A stretch of DNA of 64,000 nucleotides from Saprolegnia diclina VS20 (lineage: Eukaryota): the NCBI RefSeq assembly GCF_000281045.1, contig NW_008246092.1, forward strand, positions 146,853 to 210,852, read 5' to 3'. The notes below the pieces were generated by a model. It ran no database searches. It saw only the letters and a program-made list of their open reading frames with translations, and was not told where the DNA came from. This document shows positions 35,670 through 47,000 of this stretch, piece after piece. Positions within the stretch are counted from its first letter, which is position 1, and each line of letters opens with the position of its first letter. The position numbers and the translations under genes were made by a program.

Positions 35670-37567
35670 GGTAGTTGTCGAGGTCGAATGGGAAAAGGAA
35701 AAGTGTGATCCTGAAGCGGCCGCTGTGAAAAATGTGACAGAGCGCTGCGTCTGAGCACAAGGTGCTACCGCTCGCCCGACGAGTGGGGATTGCATCGTGT
35801 CTAGCTGGCGCGTCAAAAGAGCGTGGCCAATCAAACGCCGCATTTGCACTGTCGCAGGGTACACACGCCGCAGTCGATACCGGGTTTGAATCTGGTGGCG
35901 GCCATGGGACAGTCGACGATGTGGCTCGAGCTTACGTCGGACGAGACGGCAATCTGATTGGCGCCAGCACCGTCCACGAGCGTACGGCTATGGATCACGT
36001 GGCTACGAAGGCACGTGGGACGAGCCGGGAATTTGTAAACGGCCTGCTCTGGACCATACGAACGTGGCAAGCTTGGACCGAGCGCGCCCTTCAACGTTGT
36101 CAAAGGCAGGTGCTTGCGCGAAGCACAACACGCTACTCATAGTTTTTGAGGTCGCTCCACTTTGGCGACTCTGGGCTCGCAAAAGTTGAGGGCACCTGCG
36201 GCTTGTAGAAACGCGCGGTGCGAAACCCGCCTCTGAGATTACGCGTATATATGCAGATTGATCTGCAGACCGAGAAAATGCTCGACGCGGCCCAAGCGAT
36301 ATCGCCGACGTGTCGCGGCCGCATTGCCGCGGCGGCGGTTAAAAATTAGCGCCGAACTAGCACCTTTGCGTGTACTGCGATAATAATAAAAGAGACACGG
36401 GCGATATGCAAGAGGACGCGTGCATGTCCGTGTGCCACGTGTCGACGGGCACCTGCTCGCTGCACGGTCAACGGAGCTGGCAAAGACGCATCGTCGCATT
36501 GGATAGATATCTTTGGGTCGTCGCAGCGACTGCCCCCGTCGCGCTAGAGTTGCGCAGGCCGTCGTCGGCAAAGGTCGTCGCTCGACCGCTACTAGTACGT
36601 TGACACGCGAGAAACGGATGCACGGCTTAAAGGATTCTCAGGGCGCGTATATTACGACGAGTATATCCAGCGTGTTCGAGCGCTTGATTCAAGCAAGGTC
36701 TCAGTCGTGCAATCGAACGCGGGGGGATTCGAACCCGCGACTGCAACATGAAGATCCGACGGTCGAACACCGACGTAATGTCTGCAAGATTCATCAGCGA
36801 ATCTCAAAGAAAAATGCGCGCGGTGCAGATTCGTCTCTTTGCTACAAGCACGGCAAGGGCTTGGTTTGGTCCTACGTCAAAACACTAGTACTGTCAAACT
36901 AGAATCTTTTGCTTGGCGAGATTCGCGGCTGCACTTGTCCCGCCAGAAACGCGCGCAAGGTCATCGTGTCTGAGTGTCGTCGGAGTCTGAGCCTGATACA
37001 GACTCTTCTGGTGTCGAGTCTGAGCCTGCGAACTTGCTCGTATCAGATACAAGTCGCGGCTGTCTAAAGACGCTTGCTCGTCTCTCCTTGCGCTCCTGTC
37101 CGCAAGAAGTGCCACTCTGAGGAAGAGGATTTGTCGCCGTCTGGGCATGCCACGTCAGGTCAACTCTCCACTTGTCCAGCCCTACCCCTTTCGACATGGG
37201 CCACATCATTGCAATTTCCTCGATCGTCTGGCCCTTGCAATGTGTTGGTACCGAGGGTACTTTAGAGCTAAAATGACGTGGAGTATCGTGAGAAAACGAC
37301 TATTGTTCACAGCATATTTTGATTTTTGGTTGGTGGAGCCAACGCGGGTTTCAACCAGACTCGAGCGAGAATATTTGCAGCAGGATTTGACACACCCTGT
37401 TTGCACAAGCGTCATTCGAGTAATCGGGTCCACGTCTATTCCTTGTAGTTGAACCGTGCTCGCGCAAGTCTTTTCCTTACAGATTCTAGTAACTTAGTAA
37501 TTTCTACTAGTATCGATTTGACGCTTCATGCAAACGCACAAGAGAAATAAATACTAACGATTATAGA

Positions 37568-38227
37568 CTACTGCACCGTACAGGCCGCGACAGCGACAGT
37601 GACGCCCACAGTCACAGGCGCTAACACGACGGGCACCATGTACAACAGCTTCGAGTCGGTGTGCGGCGGGCGATGCTGGTCGTGCGGTCGATGCGACTTG
37701 AGGTACTCGGCGACGTCGGGGTGCCCATTGCGCTCCGCGAGCAAGAAGCCGACAAAGCTGCACCCTGCCGTCTCGTGCTCGTCCAGATAGCGCACGATAT
37801 CCACGTACCCATTGGCGGCTGCGTCATCCATAGCCGTTGATGTGCACTGGCCGAGGCGTCGCTCGCTCAGAAATTGAACCAGTGCTAAGTCACCACAGCC
37901 CGCCACCTTGTCGAGCGCAAACAAGTACGGGGCATGCCCGTCCTCGGGCGTCTCAAAAGCCTCTTCGCCAACCTCGTCGATGAGCTCGTGAGCCTCTTCA
38001 AACTGACCGCGCTTGATGAGCTGGAACAGCACGTAGCAGCGGAAGCGCGCCGGCGACGCCAAGATCGTAGCGGCCGGGCCACTATGTCGCTGTACTCGAG
38101 CCCAGCGAGCGAGTTGCTTGCGGTAGCGGTGGCAGATGCACGAGAGGTGCCGCGCGACACCATCTTGGTAGGCTGTGAGCGCCTGGACGAGGCTCGGGTT
38201 GGTCAACACAGCGACGATCGCACTCAT
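37568..38227 (-). CDS. Short ankyrin-like repeat protein, paralogue 2 (219 aa, CaaX CTVQ)
   Basis: VLTNPSLVQALTAYQDG...FRCYVLFQL...AMDDAAANGYVDIVRYL...LAERNGH; ends CTVQ*. Confidence 0.85.
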   Translation of the reverse strand: MSAIVAVLTNPSLVQALTAYQDGVARHLSCICHRYRKQLARWARVQRHSGPAATILASPARFRCYVLFQLIKRGQFEEAHELIDEVGEEAFETPEDGHAPYLFALDKVAGCGDLALVQFLSERRLGQCTSTAMDDAAANGYVDIVRYLDEHETAGCSFVGFLLAERNGHPDVAEYLKSHRPHDQHRPPHTDSKLLYMVPVVLAPVTVGVTVAVAACTVQ

Positions 38228-38785
38228 GTTGGCGACGCCGTTTTTTGCAAAGTGAGTAGCCGTGCCTGTATATGTCACAAAGATCACTGGGGGCTTGTAT
38301 TGGATTTGGGTGTTGCCATACCTCGAGTCTCTCAGTATTGGGAGGGCTCTCACGGCCAAAAGTTCTTCACTATTATATTATTATTATTATTATATTGGTG
38401 CCAGTTGAAGTGCGTTTAAGGTTCTAGAACCGTCGGTGCACTCAAAACCATGCAGTCCGTTGGTGATTTTATTGTCTTGTATACCACGTATTAGAAAACG
38501 TGTTGATTGTGTTGATGTTATCGTTTGAGGTACCCGGTATTCCTTGCTGTTCGCCCAGCTAGCTTCAAAAATGTAATAAATTAAAATTGGAGAATATCCC
38601 ATACAAACGCAGGGCGATAATAATATGCGAGACTACTGCGCCACGCACCTCGGTTCGGCGAGGCTCTCTTTTCCAGTCACTCGCTACCGTCACTTTGTTC
38701 CTCTTGTCTTCTGCTTTGATCCAACGACCAACATTGTACCTTGGGTGACGCAATATGTTGCACGTGCCCCATTCAGAGCAGATGC

Positions 38786-38944
38786 NNNNNNNNNNNNNNN
38801 NNNNNNNNNNNNNNNNNNNNNNNNNNNNNNNNNNNNNNNNNNNNNNNNNNNNNNNNNNNNNNNNNNNNNNNNNNNNNNNNNNNNNNNNNNNNNNNNNNNN
38901 NNNNNNNNNNNNNNNNNNNNNNNNNNNNNNNNNNNNNNNNNNNN
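38786..38944. other. Assembly gap (run of N)
   Basis: Directly visible. Confidence 1.
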
Positions 38945-39189
38945 GAAATAACATGACAACTATACATATACTGGGGAGCGAATACGCCGAGATGTACCCG
39001 GCCCTGGATACTGCTTCATCTATCCTGCTTGGTAAGCGTCTCGCTCGGGTCTGTTCCGATCGTGCAAACATCGGAGAGCCATCGTCCCTGGACACGTCGA
39101 GCTACAACCATCGCCGTCGACATCAGCTACAGCCTCTCGCCGACGGACTGGAGGGTGCAAGTAACAGACTATTCTCGAAGCCCATCAAA

Positions 39190-39530
39190 GATACTGCTCT
39201 AATTGGGCTGCGAGATTGCGAGTGGCCGAGAATACCATCAACTGCTGCACTCGCTGATGTCTCGTATACTGCCTGACGACGATGGACTCACAGTCGTGCG
39301 AAACGGGAAGATTTAGAGTTGTACTAGAGTCCGCTGGTGTTCCGCAGAGACCTTATAGGCTTCTCCAGTGATCCAGCATCGCTCTTGGGCCTGGTCCACG
39401 TCGTTGCCTATCGTTGCGCTCTCTCGCCGCGCCACGTCATTAGCAGAAAGAATGTATAGTACCAACTTCAAGGTCGTCCACGGCGTCATTCTCTTAAAAG
39501 AGTACATCGACAAGACGTCCTTGCATCTTG
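39190..39530 (-). pseudogene. Possible decayed DEAD-box helicase fragment
   Basis: Broken frames give QGRLVDVL*, LKLVLY and QQLMVFSAT, in the order of motifs Ib, II-region and III. No DEAD is visible. Confidence 0.25.
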
Positions 39531-40242
39531 CTCATCGAGATTGCGAGGGCACTGGGGTCAATCCACCTCAACGAAGATGACAACACACAGTTTCACATTT
39601 CGATGCACCGTGTAGTGTAGTTCTGATCTAGGATTCGTCGTGCATCACTTGTTTGGCCTCGTATCTGTCATAGAAGAATGACACTTTTTAAGGCAATTAC
39701 CTACACCGGTGTCGATTTCATGGACTCGGAATCCGCGCGACCATCTGCCTCGTTGAAATACCAACTTCAAGGCGGCGCGGTGGCCACTAATTTTGCGAAT
39801 CAAATTCCTCCAAGCTGAGAACAGTGACCACCCATGCGTCCAGTGGCGCGCCTTGGACTCGGAACGAGCGGCGTCCGCATTTTTTCGGCGCGCGAAGACG
39901 CCCTGTCGTCGCAACTGGTGGGACAACGCGAGCCGGATCCTTGTGTGCGTCAGAACCAAGCTGCGCGAGAACCGTCCAAGGCACGGCGTTCGAGACAGGT
40001 CGGCGTAATGCCGACGTACAGCCCGCACGGGTGAGCGGCACGGATGCCGAGAGCGCATCGCAGCAAAGCCAGGCGAGCTAGAGTCGTCGCGTTGAGAAGA
40101 AGACGCGTCATGACGCATGTCCCAGGTTCGATCCTTGTGATCCCGTTCGTTTCCACAAAGGACTGCAGACAGAACTCGTGGAGTAAAATCAACGTGTCTT
40201 TTAAATAATACTATTACTACTATCCTACTCGAAACATCGAGT

Positions 40243-40869
40243 CTACTGAATGTTGCACGTGTTGCTAAGCATGGCCGGGATCATGAGCAACTTTGGGTCT
40301 GCCGACGGACACGCGTTGCGATCCCGGGGACGGTGCTCGGTGAGGAACTCGAGCACGTCGTTGTGGCCGTGGCGCTCGGCCAAGACGAACGCCACGAGGC
40401 TGCAGCCTTCCTTGCGGTTCTCGTGGAGGTAGCGGACGATCTCGAGGTCACCAAACTCGGCGGCCGTGTCCATGGCGTCTTTCGTTGCCTTGGAGAGCTC
40501 GTTGTCGTGAAGGAACTTGACCAGCTCGAGGTCGCGGAGGCGCGCCGCGTTGTTGAGGCCGTAAATGTAGCTCGATTCGACGGGCGGCGCAATGTACCCG
40601 GTCGGGCGCTGGCGCAAAAGCTCCTTCGCGGTCGCCAAGTCGTCCTTCTCGAGCAGCTTGAGGAGGAGGTAGCCGCGGAACATGTCGGTTTGGGACAGAA
40701 TCAAGTGCTTCTGGGACGCGAGCGGGCGGCGCTTGAGCTTGCGGCGCGCGGTGAGGCACACGGCCGACATCTCCTTCGTGACGCCGTACTGGTACGAGAG
40801 GATCATGGCGCTGAGCGGGCCGTTCGTAAGCACCGAGAATGACGCGCCCGAGGAGGTGATAGATGCCAT
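40243..40869 (-). CDS. Short ankyrin-like repeat protein, paralogue 3 (208 aa, CaaX CNIQ)
   Basis: VLTNGPLSAMILSYQYG...FRGYLLLKL...AMDTAAEFGDLEIVRYL...EGCS...LAERHGH; ends CNIQ*. Confidence 0.88.
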   Translation of the reverse strand: MASITSSGASFSVLTNGPLSAMILSYQYGVTKEMSAVCLTARRKLKRRPLASQKHLILSQTDMFRGYLLLKLLEKDDLATAKELLRQRPTGYIAPPVESSYIYGLNNAARLRDLELVKFLHDNELSKATKDAMDTAAEFGDLEIVRYLHENRKEGCSLVAFVLAERHGHNDVLEFLTEHRPRDRNACPSADPKLLMIPAMLSNTCNIQ

Positions 40870-40884
40870 GGTGTAAAGATGGTA

Positions 40885-40900
40885 AATTGGAAAATGAGAC
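40885..40900 (-). promoter_or_regulatory. Oomycete INR+FPR core promoter element
   Basis: Minus strand reads GTCTCATTTTCCAATTT about 15 nt upstream of the ATG at 40869, close to the GCTCATTYYNCAWTTT consensus. Confidence 0.65.
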
Positions 40901-41046
40901 TCAAGTGCTCGGTTCAAATCGATTACCAATCCTCTTCCCAGCCACGCACGTTCGACTGTCCCAGGCGTGTATAGGCTACTCGCGCCCACTTGGTTTTTGT
41001 ATGCTGTGACGTTCCGACAATATGTACCAAGGCGCGCGAAACAAAC

Positions 41047-41109
41047 CTGGTAAGTAGCGTCGAAATACTGGTAAGTAGCGACGAAAAGCTGGTACATAGC
41101 GTCGAAACG
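41047..41109. repeat. 21-bp tandem repeat x3
   Basis: ctggtaagtagcgtcgaaata / ctggtaagtagcgacgaaaag / ctggtacatagcgtcgaaacg. Confidence 0.85.
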
Positions 41110-41784
41110 ACAAATGTGACAGTCGACAAAGGATGGACGCTGGCTTGAGGCTGCGACGGGCCGCCATCTCATTGGCCTGCTTCGGGTTGTGCGTAGGTGC
41201 CAGTAGGTGAATGGCGTGTGGGTGCGTGCGAGCGCGCTTGGGACACGTGCGGCCGATGTGGCATCGTATCTTCGCCTCGGTTCTTTGACACCATCGAACC
41301 ACTCATCAGCAATCTTGCTTCGTCTGCGTTCATGGATGGACGTGGGAGGTGTCTGCAGCTGCAGTCAGGACGCAATATTTTATTGAGGTTCAAGTGCTTT
41401 GCAGAGCCATGTCGCGGGCGCATCTTCTGCCGCGCGCACACAGTTGATAGCTACTTGTAGCGAATCTACCCTTCGCATCCGCAGCTGTCTCGTCTCGAAA
41501 CGCGCAGGGCTCGGCGCTACGCAGTCGAACGCACGGTGGACTCTACATCGTGGCTTGGTGGCGCGATCGTCTGAGCTTTTGAAGGGAAGGGATGTACAGC
41601 GAATCGCAGTATATGCCCGGTGGATCGAGAGCCCACAAGTACAACTTGCAGCTCGATTTGCTCCTTCGACAGTGCAAGGCAGCGGTGCGAACACTGGAAT
41701 ATCCTTCTCGATTGGACATGGTCTGGGCCTGCTACCTAGTCGAAACTAGGATAAGAATAGAACGACGAGTCGCTTGGTTGAGCC

Positions 41785-43985
41785 ATGGGCGACACTGGTG
41801 TCCAGGGTCTCTACGCAGCGTTGCACGCGGCCTTTCCGAGCCTGCCCATCACGCCCAAGGTCCTTTTGCGCCCGCCGTTCCCGCTCCTGCACACGGTGTG
41901 CGTTGCCGCGTTTGGCGCCGTCGGGGTCTTTAGCCCCACGCAGCTCGCGCTCGCCCGCGTCACGACCCGCGAGCTCAAGGTGCACAGGCGATAAGCGAAC
42001 CGGACGTTGACGACGCCGTAGGCGGCCTTCCTCACGCGTGCGCTGGCGCTCGTGACGTTTGCCCTCGAGGCCAACAAGCCGAGAGGCGACTATGTCTCGG
42101 TGCTCTTCCTCGTGAGCCCCGTGCAGGTACCGCCGACGCATTCCATTCGACTGTCATTGCAAAATCATTGCAGGTGTTGGCAGGGCTCGAGGTCGACCGG
42201 ACGCAAGAATTTCTGCACCAGATCGTCGTCGCCGCGCGGCTTCCGCGGGCGGCGCTCGAAGTTGCCACCGAGCGCGTCGTGACGACCGGGGAACGGCGGC
42301 TGTACACGACGGCGGTGACCTTCCGGCGCGGCCTCGTGCAGGGCCAAGCCGCCGTGCGCCGGTTCCTTGCGCGCAAGCGGCTTGAGCCTACGGTCGGCAC
42401 GCGCTTCCTCAAGGAGTTTGACGGGTTTGGTGTGTTTGAAGGCGTGATCCACAGCAAAGCGGGAGGCACCTACGTCCTGTCGTACCCTGCCGACGGCGAC
42501 GAAGAAGAGCTCGGTACTACGTGCCACGAGACGTTGGTGCGGTCGTCATCACGTGGGTGCGAGTAGAGTTGGACGAGCTGCTGCGTGTGCTGGCGCGTAG
42601 CCGCGAGCTAGAAGCGCTCCAAGAGTCAACATCCAAAACCGAGGTTACCGAGACCTCAACCACGGTTATCGACAAAGCAACTGAGGTTATCGACAATCCA
42701 ACCGAGAAGGATGGACCTCCGACGGACAACAACCTCTTCAAGGCCCTCGAGGCCGTGCTGCGCGCTACGACGGCAGTGCCCAAACCCATGAGCACAGTCG
42801 ACGACAACAACCAGCAGCAAGAGCCGCCAATGCCCGCATGGCGAGCCAAGCTCCTGACCTTGATGAGCTCCGAGGCGACGTCAAGCACCGAAACCAACAA
42901 TGAGATGCTCATGGGCAGCGAGGACAAGGAGCTCGATGCGCCTTCCATGGTGCGCGTACTGGATGAAGCGGCGATTCATTCGCTGCCGCCGCCGTCGCTT
43001 CCGAAACTCCAAGTCCCTGGCGGCCACGCGCAGTGGGCCAAACGTCTCAAGCTCTCCAAGGGCACAAGCGCGCCGCGCCTGCCGGCCGTCCCGATAGCGT
43101 CCAAAGCGCCTGTGGCCAAGCCGCGCCACAACAACCAGACGCAGAGTCCGCCACGGCACAAGGCGCTTCTGCACTCGCTCGGTGACCCCCATGACCACTC
43201 GTTCCATGACTACGCGTCCCGGGGCAAGTCCAAAGTCATCTACAAGATCATCCAGCGCATCGACCGCCACCTGCGGCGAAAACACTTGCGCGTCATCGAC
43301 CTCTTCCGGTACTGCGACGCCGACAGCAGCGGCGGCATCTCGCGCGACGAGCTCGAAGACGTGTTGAAGCAGCTCGACATTCAGCTGCCGCCACCCGAGG
43401 TCCACACGCCATGTTGCTCGACTTCTAAACCCTAGCCCTAGCTCCATATCATCATGGCGCACCTCGACAAGAACGGCAATGGCGTCCTCGACATTGATGA
43501 GTTCGAGAGCCTCGTGCGCATGAACCGGCGCACGGACGCAAGGCGCGACCAGCTCCGGCGCGAGTTCCCCCACGTCGTCCACTCGGCCCTCGAGGCGTCT
43601 CACCAAATGCTGCTCGACAACTGGGCCGTCAACGTCAAGAAGCTCCTCCCGTACAAAGACGTCATCTTGTCGGCCGCGCGCACGATCGACAAGGCCGAGA
43701 CGGGCAGCATCCCGGTCGCGGCGCTGCACCACATTTTGCGTAGGATGTCATTATCTTCCAAGTCTGTAGTTTCTGGGGGTAGGGTCCATCTCAATGCCAA
43801 AGGTGCGCAAGGACATCCTCGACGACTTCCTCACGCTGGTGCGACCGCTGCACAACCTCGTGCTGCTCTCGGCCATCGACAGTGTCTTTGCCGAAAAGCC
43901 CACGCGCGACAACAAGTTCCTCGACCAAACGTGGCTCGCGCAGTTTGACGCGCAGATGGACAAGGTCCGGGACCTCGGCCTCTAA
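41785..43985 (+). CDS. EF-hand protein with IQ-like and Tudor-like segments, multi-exon
   Basis: EF loops DADSSGGISRDE and DKNGNGVLDIDE; QGQAAVRRFLARKR; VGTRFLKEFDGFGVFEGVI...YPADGDEEEL. Confidence 0.75.
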
Positions 43986-44045
43986 GACAAAAATGAAGAA
44001 AAATGCAAATACAACTCGATCGACAAGGGTATATAGGGGAACGCT

Positions 44046-47000
44046 TTAGCTCGCGTCGCCTCGGACGACCTTGGGCCGGTTCTTGGGCCGGTGCTCTTCG
44101 CAAAAGGACCGGAGGCTGCCCGTGTCGTTCATGTACATGTCGTAGACGCCGCGGGTCTGGCGGCCGCAGAGCGGGTGGAAGTACGTGCTGCACGCGTTGC
44201 GCGAACACTTGATGCAGCCCTTGGGCTCGTTGCAGAGGACGCACGTCGCCGCCTTTTGCTCGTCGTCCATCGCGTCCATCGTCTCGCGCACGTTCTGGAG
44301 ACCGCGCATGTTGGCCGTGTCCTCAAACTGCACGCCCGGCGCCCAGAGCGCGCAGACCACGTGGACCCACTGCCCGTCGACCGTCTCCTTGAACGCCGTC
44401 TCGGGCAGCTGCAGCGGGCACATGATACACGTCTACAGACGAGTGAGCAACCCCTTGTCAAAGACACAAACCAACCTTGGGCACCTCGGCGGCGTCCATG
44501 TGGGCATGGCAGAGGTCGCAGTACCACGGCAGGTCGCCTTCCGGGACGCGCTCAATGCCATAACAAAACTAGTTCCGGTCGCGTGAGAGGAGACAGCGAG
44601 AGGTAAATATGTACCTTGTGCACGGCGCAATGGCACTTTTCACACTGTACGATCGGGTCGTCGTCGTAGCCCTGATCGTTGTAGCACACACGACACCACA
44701 TCTCTTCCATGCCTTCGCCCTTGGGCTCGGCCGGCGCGACCACGACCGGCGGCGGCGTCGTCGTCATCGTCGTCGTCACGTCTGACTCGTCGTCCGCTTT
44801 CGACTTGCTCTTCCGCGGACGACCGCGCTTGGCCGGGAGACCTGTCGCGACAGCGTTCGGGTGGCCCTTGCGGCTGATTCGCCGCTTCTTGGGCTTGCGG
44901 TCGTCGTAGTCGTCCTCTTCCTCGTCGTCCATGTCGTCGTCGTCCGCGTCGTCGTCCATGTCTTCGTCCATGTCGTCGTCGTCGTCGTCCATGGGTTCGT
45001 CGCCGCCCGACTCGCTCGAGCCGTCGCTGTCGTCCTCGCTGTCTTCGAGGCGGATGCGGTCGTTCACGCTGCGAATGCGGCTGTGCACCTTGACGACCTT
45101 GTACTCGTTGCGCGCCAGCTTGGACATGGACACGACGATCCCGCTCTTGTCTTCTTTCGGGTGCGACGACTTGCGGTGGCGGCTGACGGGCGCCGCTTTC
45201 GTCGCCTTCTTGCCTTTCTTGCCCTTCTTTGAGGCCTCGATCGGCGCGTCATCGTCATCATCGCCGTCCAGAAACGGGTGGTACATGAGCGCGCTCTCCA
45301 CCTCTTGGTTGCGCCGGCGCTTTGGGCGCTCAATGACCTCGAGCCAATCGGCCGCGATCGAACGCACGTTGACCGCTTTCGAGAGCGGGCCGCGCACCTT
45401 GAGCTCGATGAGAATCGAGAGAATCTGGTCGGCGTCCGCGACTTGCCCGCCCTTCTGACGCTCTTTCACGAGCTGCCGCGAAAGCTCGCGGAGCGTCGTT
45501 AGAAACGCCTTGATCGCGTCCACGTCCGCGTTCATGAGCGACCCATTCTCGACCTGCGACGCAAGCACTTGGACTTGCTTGGGCCCGAGGACCTTTTCCC
45601 AAAAGTCGCCGTCGTTAAAGTCGATCGTCGAGTCGGACGTCTCGGCCGTGAAGCTCGCCTTGGAGAACGAGAGCGCGGCCGGGCCGTTCTCTTCGGACGT
45701 GTTGCCCGTCGCCGGGTCGTACCGGATCGTGCGCGACGAACTCAGCAGATGGTCAATGTCGAGCTCGTTGATCTTGACGTTCTCCGGGTCTTCCTCGTCG
45801 TTGTTCATGATGGCGTACGCGCCGTACCGGATCATCATCTCGACCTTCTCCTTGTCGAGGCTCATGAGCGACATCATGTTGCTGTCGTCGCTCCCGTCAA
45901 AGTCCTTGCGGACACCGCCCGTCTCAAAGACCGCGTGGTGCATGCCGAGCTTCTTGGATGCAATCTCAAACATCTGCGCCTCGTACGTCTTCTTGGTCAC
46001 GAGCCTACGAGCACCATACGGCTCAGAAACTGCGACACCAAACACCGAATTACCGGTAGATGCGGACGGCCTGCGTCTGCCCAATGCGGTGGCACCGCGC
46101 GACGGCCTGCAAGTCGTTCTGCGGGTTCCAGTCGCTGTCAAAGAGCACGACGATCGACGCCGCAATCAAGTTGATACCGACGCCGCCGGCGCGCGTACTC
46201 AGAAGGAACACAAACGTGTCCGACTCGACGTCGTTGAAGCGGTCGATGGCCGCCTGGCGCGCGTTGCCGAGGAGCGCGCCGTCAAGGCGCTCGAACGTAT
46301 ACTGGCGCGTATTGAAAAAGTCTTCGAGGATGTCGAGCATGATCTTGAACTGCGAAAAGACCAGCACCTTCTTCTTCTCGGCGCGGAACTTGGCGAGCAT
46401 CTTCTCGAGCAGCACTAGCTTGCCGCTCGCTTGGATCATCAGCCGCGTGTGCTCGTGCTGCGTCGTCACGTTCGCAAGCTCCTTTTGCTCGACGCCGCGG
46501 ATCAGGAACGGGTGGTTGCAGCACTTGCGCAACTCCATCTCGACGTTCATGAGATTCGCGACCGCAATGTTGGAGCCTTGGTTCAAATACGCGCGGTTGC
46601 GCTCAAAGATGGCGCGGTAGTACTTCTTTTGCATCGTCGTGAGCTCGACGTCAATGATCGTCTCCTCCTTTGGCGGAATGCTCTTCTCGACGTCCTCCTT
46701 CACCCGGCGGAGCATGTACGGGCGCAGCTGCTCGTGGAGCGACGCGACCTGCTCGGCCGTGTTGAGCTCGCCGTAGAGCTCGTAAAACAGCTTTTGGCTC
46801 GGAAATTTTTCCGGCTCGATAAAGTTGAGGAGGCACCAGAGCTCAAACACGCCGTTCTGGAGCGGCGTGCCCGTCATGAGGAGGCACGAGTCCCACGTAA
46901 ACTGCCGGAGCGACGCCAGCAGCTTCGCGTCGCGGTTCTTGAGCTTGTGCGCCTCGTCGATCACAATGTAGCGCCAGTGAATCTCCTGGAGAAACTCGGC

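Noticed and set aside
36714..36745. B-box/T-arm-like GGGTTCGAATCCC on the minus strand as a tRNA
   Set aside because: No A-box, D-arm, anticodon stem or acceptor pairing could be built; at most a tRNA/SINE remnant.
38565..39276. ORFs spanning the N-run
   Set aside because: Artefacts of translating through an assembly gap.
39606..40145. Split tRNA from an A-box-like 39606-39647 and a B-box-like 40119-40140
   Set aside because: The putative acceptor halves do not pair and the spacing is implausible.
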